Assembly (NCBI GenBank): GCA_964399625.1
Contig: CAYNSB010000028.1
Coordinates: forward strand, 1 to 51,114
Direction: 5' to 3'
Length of the DNA stretch: 51,114 bases
Origin: an uncultured Phycisphaeraceae bacterium
GTDB taxonomy: Bacteria; Planctomycetota; Phycisphaerae; Phycisphaerales; UBA1924
A model generated the notes under the pieces. That model was not told the DNA's origin, made no database searches, and was given only the letters and a program-made list of their open reading frames with translations. Positions 43,886-51,114 of the stretch are shown piece after piece; the stretch's first letter is position 1; every line of letters begins with the position of its first letter. The translations under genes were made by a program, and so were the position numbers.

Positions 43886-45286
43886 ATGGACGACTTTCGA
43901 TATGGGGTCGATGGTGCGCACGCCGAGCTGCGCTGCGAGGGCGTTGCGCTGCGCGAGGTCGCGGAGCGGTTCGGCACGCCGACGTACGTGTACTCGCGGG
44001 CGACGCTGGAGGGGCACTTCGATCGCCTGCGTGAGGCGTTCGCCGAGCTGCGCCCGCTGATCTGCTTCTCGCTCAAGAGCTGCGGGAACATCGGCGTGGC
44101 GCGCGTGCTCGTGGAGCGCGGGGCGGGGCTGGACGTGGTGTCGGGCGGCGAGCTGGAGCGGGCGCACCTGGCGGGGTGCCCGATGGAGCGCGTCGTGTAC
44201 GCGGGCGTGGGAAAGACGGACGCGGAGATCCGCGCGGCGCTGAGCGGGGCGCACGCGCTGATGCCCCGTTCGGGCGGCGCCCGCGATCGCGGGCCCATCG
44301 GGTGGTTCAACGTCGAGAGCGAGCAGGAGTTTGAGGCGATCGCCACGATCGCGCGCGAGGTGGGCGTGCGGGCGCGGTGCGCCCTGCGCGTGAACCCGGA
44401 CATCGATCCGAGGGCGAGCGGCGGGGGCACGCACGCGTACACGACGACGGGGACGAAGGAGACGAAGTTCGGCGTGGACATCGCGCGGGCGGTGCGTTTC
44501 TTCGAGCGGTACGGGCGGGATGCGCACGCGCGGCTCGATGGTGTCCACCTCCACCTGGGCTCGCCGATCTACGCCGTGGAGCCATACGTCGAGGGTGTGC
44601 GGAAGGCGCTGGCGCTGATCGACGAGCTCGCGGGCAAGGGGTTCGGCGTGGCGACGCTGAACCTCGGCGGCGGGTTCGGGGCGAACTACGAGAGCGACCG
44701 CTCGCCGCCCGCGAGCGAGTACGCGCGGGCGATCGTGCCGATGCTGCGGGAGCGGGTCCGCAAGGGGCTGTCGATCATCCTCGAGCCGGGGCGGACGATC
44801 GTGGCGAACGCGGGCGTGCTGCTGACGCGCGTGACGTACGTGAAGGAGGGGGCGCGCGAGGCGGGGTCGTCAACCGGTGCGCCCGCCAAGCGGTTCGTGA
44901 TCTGCGACGCGGGCATGAACGCGTTGATCCGTCCATCGCTGTACGGCGCGTTCCACTTCATCTGGCCCGCGCGCGTGTCGAAGGAGCAGGCGCCGCCGAG
45001 GCGTGCCGAGGATGTGGACGTGCCGGGGCTGGTGGTGAGCGACGTGGTGGGCCCGATCTGTGAGACGGGCGACTTTCTGGCGCGGGGGCGGCGGCTGCCA
45101 CCCGTGGAGCGCGGGGACCTGATCGCGGTGTTCACGGCCGGGGCGTACGGCATGACGATGGCAAGCAACTACAACGCCCAGCCGCTGCCGGCGGAGGTGC
45201 TGGTGTCGGGCGATGGGGCGGCGCTGGTGCGGAGGCGCCAGAGCGTGGCGGACGTGCTCGCGCAGGAAGTGCCGGAGAATCGCTAG
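43886..45286 (+). CDS. lysA: Diaminopimelate decarboxylase
   Basis: PLP fold-III decarboxylase (FSLKSCGN PLP-Lys, EPGRTIVANAG, CETGD). Confidence 0.8.
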   Translation: MDDFRYGVDGAHAELRCEGVALREVAERFGTPTYVYSRATLEGHFDRLREAFAELRPLICFSLKSCGNIGVARVLVERGAGLDVVSGGELERAHLAGCPMERVVYAGVGKTDAEIRAALSGAHALMPRSGGARDRGPIGWFNVESEQEFEAIATIAREVGVRARCALRVNPDIDPRASGGGTHAYTTTGTKETKFGVDIARAVRFFERYGRDAHARLDGVHLHLGSPIYAVEPYVEGVRKALALIDELAGKGFGVATLNLGGGFGANYESDRSPPASEYARAIVPMLRERVRKGLSIILEPGRTIVANAGVLLTRVTYVKEGAREAGSSTGAPAKRFVICDAGMNALIRPSLYGAFHFIWPARVSKEQAPPRRAEDVDVPGLVVSDVVGPICETGDFLARGRRLPPVERGDLIAVFTAGAYGMTMASNYNAQPLPAEVLVSGDGAALVRRRQSVADVLAQEVPENR

Positions 45287-45427
45287 CGCCGGGCCAACTT
45301 TGTGCCCACAAACCACAAGGCGTGGTGGTGCCGGGCGCGACGCGGCGAATCGAAAGCACGCGCGCGGTTACCCTAAGAACGTGTTGAGCGGATCGGTGCA
45401 CGCACCTGTTTCTCGTGGAGGTGGGCT

Positions 45428-47119
45428 GTGGCTGTGGCGATCTTCCTGCTGGGCGCGGCGTTGGCGGTGACGGTGGCGGTCGGGGCGACGAAGCTGCCCG
45501 GATCGGCGATCAAGGGCGCCGCGGCGCTCGTGTCCATCGCGATCCTGATCGGATCGGCGCTGCTCGCCTCGGTGCGGCACGTCGCGTCCGACGAGGTTGG
45601 CATCATCATCAAGAACGTGGGGACCAAGAGCCTTAAGGGCACGGCGTACATCGCGGTCAACGGCGAGCAGGGCGTGCAGGCGGACGTGCTGCCGCCGGGC
45701 TGGCACTTCGGGTACTGGCCGTTCGTGTACGACGTGAAGATGGTCCCGCTGACGGAGGTGCCCTCGGGCAAGGTGGGGATCATCGAGGCGCGGGACGGGC
45801 AGCCGCTGCCGCCGGGGCAGGTGATCGCGCCCGAGATCCCGCAGGAGTCGCTGGCGTCGATGCTCGAGGCGCGGTACTTCCTCACGACGGGCAAGGGGCA
45901 GCGCGGGACGCAGGCGACGGTGCTCAACCCCGGCAAGTACCGGCTGAACACGGAGCTGTTCAAGGTCAAGATCGTGGACGTGACGGAGGTTCGCCAGGGC
46001 GAGGTGGCGGTGCTCAAGGCGAACTTCGGCACGCCGCCCACGCTGGCGGTGCCGGGCATCGCGGGGCTGATCGAGGCGGGCGAGGGCAAGCAGTCCGAGG
46101 ATCGGCTGATGCTCGCGCGGGGCGGGGAGATGGGGATCCGCGCCGAGCCGCTGCCGCCGGGCAAGTACCCGATCAACACCGACGCGTACACCGTGATCGA
46201 GCTGTGGACGACGCAGATGATCGCGCAGTTCACGGCGGCGCACTCGGGGATCGCGACGGCGTCGCAGGTGGGCGCTGCGAACCTCTCGGCGGCGTCCGCG
46301 CAGCAATCGACGAAGCTGGGGCACGAGCCGACGCTGGAGGAGCGGGCGATCACGGTGCGCACCAGCGACGGGTTCTCGTTCCCGGTGGACGTGCGCGTGG
46401 AGTACATCATCGAGGCGCGGAACGCGCCGATCGTGGTGGCGAAGCTGGGCGACGACGAGGGGGAGCGCTTCCGCAACGCGATGAACTCGGCGGTGCGGGC
46501 GATCTTCCGCAACAGCGCCGAGAGCGTCAAGGCGCTCGACTACGTGCAGCAGCGCTCGCACCAGGAGCAGCAGTCGCTGACGCTGCTGGCCCCGCAGATG
46601 GCGCGGTTCGGGGTGACGGTGACGGCGGTGCGCATCGGCGACGTGGGCGATGAGAAGACGCTGGGCTCGCTGCTCAAGACGCAGATGGACCGCGAGATCG
46701 CCAAGCAGGAGCTGACAACGACGATCGAGCAGCAGAAGGCCGCGGAGCAGAAGAAGGCGCTCTCCAAGACGACGCAGGAGGCGGAGGAGGAGAAGAAGCT
46801 GGCGACGGCGGCGTACAGCGCGAAGATCGCGGAGGAGTCCAAGAAGCAGACGATCACGCAGGCGAACGCCGAGGCCGAGGCGACCACGATCCGCGCCAAG
46901 GCGCAGGCCGACGCGTACCGATTGATCGCCGAGCAGATCGGCAAGAGCAACGCGGCGCTCGTGGAGATCCTCAAGATCGTGGGCGAGCGCCAGATCCAGA
47001 TCGCCCCGCGCGTGATGGTGACGGGGGGGCGGGACGGGTCGGGCGGCGGGACGGCGCTGATCGGGACGATGCTCGACAGCATGATCGACAAGGGCGACGC
47101 CCCCAAGAGCGAGCGGTAG
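45428..47119 (+). CDS. Flotillin-like SPFH/band-7 domain protein
   Basis: N-terminal TM, SPFH core, then the EA-repeat coiled coil (EQQKAAEQKKALSKTTQEAEEEKKLATAAY...AEAEATTIRAKAQADAYRLIAEQ) characteristic of flotillins (YqiK/FloT type). Confidence 0.7.
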   Translation: MAVAIFLLGAALAVTVAVGATKLPGSAIKGAAALVSIAILIGSALLASVRHVASDEVGIIIKNVGTKSLKGTAYIAVNGEQGVQADVLPPGWHFGYWPFVYDVKMVPLTEVPSGKVGIIEARDGQPLPPGQVIAPEIPQESLASMLEARYFLTTGKGQRGTQATVLNPGKYRLNTELFKVKIVDVTEVRQGEVAVLKANFGTPPTLAVPGIAGLIEAGEGKQSEDRLMLARGGEMGIRAEPLPPGKYPINTDAYTVIELWTTQMIAQFTAAHSGIATASQVGAANLSAASAQQSTKLGHEPTLEERAITVRTSDGFSFPVDVRVEYIIEARNAPIVVAKLGDDEGERFRNAMNSAVRAIFRNSAESVKALDYVQQRSHQEQQSLTLLAPQMARFGVTVTAVRIGDVGDEKTLGSLLKTQMDREIAKQELTTTIEQQKAAEQKKALSKTTQEAEEEKKLATAAYSAKIAEESKKQTITQANAEAEATTIRAKAQADAYRLIAEQIGKSNAALVEILKIVGERQIQIAPRVMVTGGRDGSGGGTALIGTMLDSMIDKGDAPKSER

Positions 47120-47151
47120 GCCCGCGCGGGTGCGGACATAGAGTCCTCGCG

Positions 47152-48492
47152 ATGAGCGAGCCCGCCATCCATGACACCCGCCCGCACGTGGTGGTCATCG
47201 GCGGTGGCTTCGGCGGGCTGGGCGCGGCCAAGGGGCTGGCGCGCTCGCCCGTGCGTGTCACGCTGATCGACCGGCGGAACCACCACGTGTTCCAGCCTTT
47301 GCTGTACCAGGTGGCGTGCGCGGCGCTGTCGCCGGCGAACATCGCGGTGCCGATCCGGCGGGTGCTGTCGCGCCAGAAGAACACAACGGTGCTGCTGGCG
47401 GAGGTGAAGGGGATCGACGCGTCGCGCCGGGTCGTGCGCCTGAGCGACGAGGAGATCGCGTACGACTACCTCGTCGTCGCGGCGGGGGCGACGCACTCGT
47501 ACTTCGGGCACGCGGAGTGGGAGCGGGCGGCGCCGGGCCTCAAGACGATCGAGGATGCGCTGGAGATTCGCAAGCGGTTCCTCATCGCCTTCGAGCGGGG
47601 CGAGCGGGCGCGCGACGAGGACGAGCGCCGGCGCGAGCTGACGTTCGTCGTCGTGGGCGGCGGGCCGACGGGCGTGGAGATGGCCGGCTCGATGATCGAG
47701 ATCGCGCGGCACGCGATCCCGCGCGACTTCCGCAGGATCAACACCGCGACGGCGCGGGTCATCCTGCTGGAGGCGGGCGAGCGTCTGCTCGCGGCGTACC
47801 CGCCCGAGCTCTCGGCGCGGGCCAAGCGTGACCTTGAGGACCTGGGCGTGGAGGTGCGCCTGGACGCGCGGGTGACGGCGATCGATGGGCGGGGCGTGAA
47901 CATCGGTTCCGAACGCATCGACGCGGCGAGCGTGGTGTGGGCGGCGGGCGTGCTCGCCTCGCCGCTGGGGGCGAGCCTGCGGGACACGGGCGGGGCGACG
48001 CTCGATCGCGCGGGGCGTGTGATCGTCGGGGCGGACCTTTCGGTGCCGGGGCATCCCGAGGTGTTCGTGATCGGCGATCAGGCGGCGGCGGCGCTGCATC
48101 CGGAGAACCCGGCCGAGGCGAGCGACCCGCATCGCGCGCTGGTGCCGGGCGTGGCGCAGGGGGCGATGCAGGGCGGGCGGTTCGTGGCGCGGGTGATCGA
48201 TCGGCGCGTGCGGGGCGCGCTTTCGGTGGAGGATCGCCCCGTGTTCCGCTATCGCGACAAGGGGCTGATCGCGACGATCGGGCGGAGCAAGGCGGTGGCG
48301 ATCGTGTTCGGGCGGAGGTTCGCGGGGCTGCCAGCGTGGTTGTTGTGGGCGGGGTTGCACGTCGTGTACCTGATCGATTTCCGCAGCCGCCTGATCGTGA
48401 TGCTCGAGTGGGCGTGGCTGTACTTCGCGTTCGATCGGGGGGCCCGACTGATCACGGGCGAGCGGGGCGAGGAGCGCACGCCGGGGCGGTAG
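47152..48492 (+). CDS. ndh: Type II NADH:quinone oxidoreductase (NDH-2)
   Basis: VVVIGGGFGGL and VVVGGGPTGVEMAG (two dinucleotide-binding GxGxxG motifs), plus the C-terminal membrane-anchor helix. Confidence 0.8.
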   Translation: MSEPAIHDTRPHVVVIGGGFGGLGAAKGLARSPVRVTLIDRRNHHVFQPLLYQVACAALSPANIAVPIRRVLSRQKNTTVLLAEVKGIDASRRVVRLSDEEIAYDYLVVAAGATHSYFGHAEWERAAPGLKTIEDALEIRKRFLIAFERGERARDEDERRRELTFVVVGGGPTGVEMAGSMIEIARHAIPRDFRRINTATARVILLEAGERLLAAYPPELSARAKRDLEDLGVEVRLDARVTAIDGRGVNIGSERIDAASVVWAAGVLASPLGASLRDTGGATLDRAGRVIVGADLSVPGHPEVFVIGDQAAAALHPENPAEASDPHRALVPGVAQGAMQGGRFVARVIDRRVRGALSVEDRPVFRYRDKGLIATIGRSKAVAIVFGRRFAGLPAWLLWAGLHVVYLIDFRSRLIVMLEWAWLYFAFDRGARLITGERGEERTPGR

Positions 48493-48573
48493 GGGTTCGT
48501 CACGCATCTCTACACTTGCGTCCCTCGCGCGGCCGGCGCTCCGGACCACTCCCGCGCGAGCGAAGGAGCGTTC

Positions 48574-49818
48574 ATGCCCCCGACCATCTTCGACGCACGG
48601 ACCGACACGCTCTTCTCGCAGTTGCGACGCGACGGGCTCTGGAAGGAGCTCAAGACGATCGAGGGACCGATGGACGCCGTGGTGAGGATCCGCGGCGAGG
48701 ACGGCAAGTACCGCGAGAAGCTGTGCTTCTGCTCCAACAACTACCTGGGGCTGGCGAACCATCCGGAGGTGATCGAGGCCGGGCTCAAGGGCCTGCGCGA
48801 GTATGGCGCGGGCACGGCGAGCGTGCGCTTCATCTGCGGGACGTTCGCCCCGCATGAGGAGCTCGAGCGCCAGATCGGCGGGCTGATGGGCACCGAGTCG
48901 AGCTACACGTTTGTCTCCGCGTGGACGGCGAACGAGGCGGTCTTCCCCACGCTGTGCGAGCCCGGCGACATCATCATCTCCGACGAGCTGAACCACGCGT
49001 GCATCATCGATTCGATCCGGCTCGCGACCGTGATCAAGAAGGGCCTGCACAAGGCGGTGTACCGCAACAACGTGCTCACGCGCGCCCAGGGCGAGAAGTC
49101 GCTCGAGGAGGCGCTGCACGCGGCCCGCGCGAACAAGGACGTGACGGGGCAGATCTGGGTCGTGACCGACGGCGTGTTCAGCATGGAGGGCTCCATCGCG
49201 GACCTGCCGACGATGCGCCGCCTGTGCGATCAGTTCAACGCCATCCTCGTCGTGGACGATTCGCACGGGCACGGCGTCATGGGAAAGTTCGGGCGCGGCA
49301 CGCACGAGCACTGGGGCATGGCGGACGGCGGCACAAGCCCGGGGCGCGTGGACATCTTCACCGGCACGCTGGGCAAGGCGCTAGGTGGCGGCGCGGGCGG
49401 GTTCGTGGCCGCGAGCAAGCGCGTGACGGACCTGCTCATCCAGCGCGGGCGTCCGACGCTCTTCTCCAACGCGCTGCCCGTCACCGTCGCGTGCAGCGCG
49501 AACAAGGCGATCGAGATCCTGCGGCGTGAGCCCCAGCGCGTGCAGCGCCTGCGCGACAACGTGGCGTACGCGCGCCAGAAGATCAAGCAGGCCGGCTTCA
49601 ACGTGCTCGAGTCCCCCACCGCCATCTGCCCGATCATCGTGCACGACACGGCCAAGGCGATCGCGATGAGCAAGCGCCTGCTGGAGCTGGGCGTGTTCGT
49701 GATCGGGTTCGGGTACCCCGTGGTGCCCGAGGGGCACGCGCGCCTGCGCTGCCAGATCTCGGCCGCGCACACGCGCGAGCACATCGATGCGCTGGTGGAG
49801 GGATTGAGGAAGCTGTAG
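48574..49818 (+). CDS. kbl: Glycine C-acetyltransferase (2-amino-3-ketobutyrate CoA ligase) / AONS-family PLP enzyme
   Basis: High block-wise similarity to Kbl (NNYLGLANHPEVI, ASVRFICGT, ISDELNHACIIDS, TDGVFSMEGSIADL, VDDSHGHG, FTGTLGKALGG, FSNALP, GYPVVP). Confidence 0.75.
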   Translation: MPPTIFDARTDTLFSQLRRDGLWKELKTIEGPMDAVVRIRGEDGKYREKLCFCSNNYLGLANHPEVIEAGLKGLREYGAGTASVRFICGTFAPHEELERQIGGLMGTESSYTFVSAWTANEAVFPTLCEPGDIIISDELNHACIIDSIRLATVIKKGLHKAVYRNNVLTRAQGEKSLEEALHAARANKDVTGQIWVVTDGVFSMEGSIADLPTMRRLCDQFNAILVVDDSHGHGVMGKFGRGTHEHWGMADGGTSPGRVDIFTGTLGKALGGGAGGFVAASKRVTDLLIQRGRPTLFSNALPVTVACSANKAIEILRREPQRVQRLRDNVAYARQKIKQAGFNVLESPTAICPIIVHDTAKAIAMSKRLLELGVFVIGFGYPVVPEGHARLRCQISAAHTREHIDALVEGLRKL

Positions 49819-49854
49819 CCACGCCGACGCGGGTTGAGACGCCTGGGAGCTCTT

Positions 49855-50544
49855 ATGTTCGATCGCATCCGAAAGGCATTGGGCGGTGGGGCGGACGCGC
49901 GGGGGGGCGGGGCTTCGCCGGCCCAGGCCTCGCCGATCTCCGAGCTCCTCTTTGCGAACTGGACGCCCGGCTCGCCCGTGCCGGTCCCCGACCTTGAGGC
50001 GCTGCGGGCCCGCCTCGACACGCCCGAGCGCGACGCGGCGATCGGCGCGCTCCGCCAATGGGCGAGCGGCGGCGCTTCCAACTCGCGGGGCGCGGCGTGG
50101 GCGTCGCGCGTGCTGGCGCACGCCGGAGAGCGCGTGGAGCCCGGGCCCGCGCTGGGCGCGGTCGTCGAGGCGCGCGTGAACGACGGCATCGACTATGTCG
50201 CGGCGTACGCGGATGGCACCGCGCGGTACATCAACTTCAGCGGGGCGACGATCGTGTGGGAGGCGCCCGCCGATCCGGAGGTGGCGCCGGCGGTGGCGGC
50301 GTGCGTGGCGATCGCGACGGGCGTGGCGCCGTTCGCCATCGTGCGGGCGCGGACGCCCTTCGCGTCGGAGTTCCGCGCGTCGATCCTGCTCCCGCAGGGC
50401 AACGCGGAGCTGACGCACGAGGACGCGCGGGGGAACGCGCAGGCGACGGCCGCCCTCAACACGCTGCTCAACGCGGCGCAACGCCTGATGATGGCGCTGA
50501 TCGATCGCTCCGCGGCGGCGCGGCGGAAGGATGGCGCGTCGTGA
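49855..50544 (+). CDS. Hypothetical protein
   Basis: Well-behaved composition with no recognisable motif. SD-like GGGAG upstream. Confidence 0.35.
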   Translation: MFDRIRKALGGGADARGGGASPAQASPISELLFANWTPGSPVPVPDLEALRARLDTPERDAAIGALRQWASGGASNSRGAAWASRVLAHAGERVEPGPALGAVVEARVNDGIDYVAAYADGTARYINFSGATIVWEAPADPEVAPAVAACVAIATGVAPFAIVRARTPFASEFRASILLPQGNAELTHEDARGNAQATAALNTLLNAAQRLMMALIDRSAAARRKDGAS

Positions 50545-50930
50545 CAGACCGCCGGCTCATCTCGTCCGGCTCGCCGTGGGAACCGATCGTGGGCTATTCG
50601 CGTGCGGTGCGGGTGGGGAACATCGTGCACGTCGCGGGCACGACGAGCACCGGGCCGGACGGCGCGGTGCTGCACGCGGGCGATCCCGGGGCTCAGACGC
50701 GATTGATCCTGCGGAAGATCGGCGATGCGCTGGCGCAGGCCGGGGCGAGCCTGTCGCACGTCGTGCGCACGCGGATCTACGTGACGGTCATCGCACGCTG
50801 GGAGGAGGTCGGGCGCGTGCACGGCGAGGTGTTCAAGGACATCCGACCGGCGAGCACGATGGTCGAGGTGTCGCGCCTGATCGACTCGGCGATGATGGTG
50901 GAGATCGAGGCCGAGGCGATCATCGGATGA
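50541..50930 (+). CDS. RidA/YjgF/L-PSP family reactive-intermediate deaminase
   Basis: …[25 protein letters not shown]…RTRIYV…[23 protein letters not shown] start overlaps the upstream stop by 4 nt. Confidence 0.65.
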   Translation: MTDRRLISSGSPWEPIVGYSRAVRVGNIVHVAGTTSTGPDGAVLHAGDPGAQTRLILRKIGDALAQAGASLSHVVRTRIYVTVIARWEEVGRVHGEVFKDIRPASTMVEVSRLIDSAMMVEIEAEAIIG

Positions 50931-51114
50931 TCGGAGCGTGCGTATCGATGTGACCGCACTGCGGACAGCCCGAGGCGGCGTCGCCCTCGCTCTTCGCAAG
51001 GATCACACGTCGTGCGTGAGGCCCTTCACTCTTACGGGCAGCCCGCGCGGAACTTGGTCAGGAAGCACGTGAAGTCGGCCGCGGAGAGCAGCGGCGCCGT
51101 CGTGTTCCCGTCGC

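Noticed and set aside
45380-45410. Short hairpin GGTGC-acg-GCACC followed by TGTTTCTCG upstream of the flotillin gene
   Set aside because: 5-bp stem only, lying 5' of a gene start rather than 3' of one. More likely a leader structure than a terminator, and too weak to call.
1-51114. CRISPR arrays, tRNA/rRNA genes, transposases/integrases
   Set aside because: No regularly spaced direct repeats, no cloverleaf-compatible tRNA-like segments in the few intergenic gaps, and no transposase or integrase-like ORFs were found. The paralog islet therefore has no identifiable mobility gene.

Overview
Overview: this is a 51 kb window of a very GC-rich (about 70 % GC) bacterial chromosome, densely coding on both strands. 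Most long antisense ORFs in the track are GC-driven shadow frames (Arg/Pro/Ala-rich) and were ignored. The organism is probably a planctomycete-like bacterium (low confidence). The cues are a PEP-CTERM protein, a fragmented dcw cluster (murE-murF-mraY only), BatA/DUF58/vWA/DUF4175-type genes and secreted prenyltransferase/squalene-oxidase-repeat proteins.

Gene content, left to right:
- 1-2600: pepA 3' end, lysS (-), and an Rrf2 Fe-S-type regulator (-).
- 2.7-6.6 kb: an SPC/HEGGT-motif P1B-4 metal-exporting ATPase (-), a PAS-LuxR regulator (+) and a YeiH-type membrane protein (-).
- 6.7-8.0 kb: a class V aminotransferase (+).
- 8.0-10.4 kb, the most unusual part of the window: a compositionally atypical islet (local GC near 50-57 %). 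It carries three tandem paralogous two-TM proteins with a C-terminal CPxC...CPEC zinc-ribbon-like tail. The islet is bracketed by two copies of a roughly 110-nt element built from nested inverted repeats.
- 10.5-23.4 kb: one long co-directional (+) block of Bat-like genes (DUF58, BatA-like, vWA/BatB-like), a 1235-aa coiled-coil DUF4175-like protein, and three secreted proteins (KP-repeat, squalene-cyclase-fold, NPCBM-like).
- 23.5-30.7 kb: sucD alone (-), two tandem GT2-like glycosyltransferase paralogs (-), a secreted SAM methyltransferase (-), a PEP-CTERM protein (+), rsmE (-) and a Pro/Ala-rich protein with a Lys-rich tail (+).
- 31.3-51 kb, all on the + strand: queA, murE, murF, mraY, gatC, a membrane protein, gatA, a second squalene-cyclase-fold protein, ArsR with inverted-repeat operators, two SDRs, OsmC, lysA, a flotillin/SPFH protein, NDH-2, kbl, a hypothetical and RidA.

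No rRNA, tRNA, CRISPR array or transposase was recognised.
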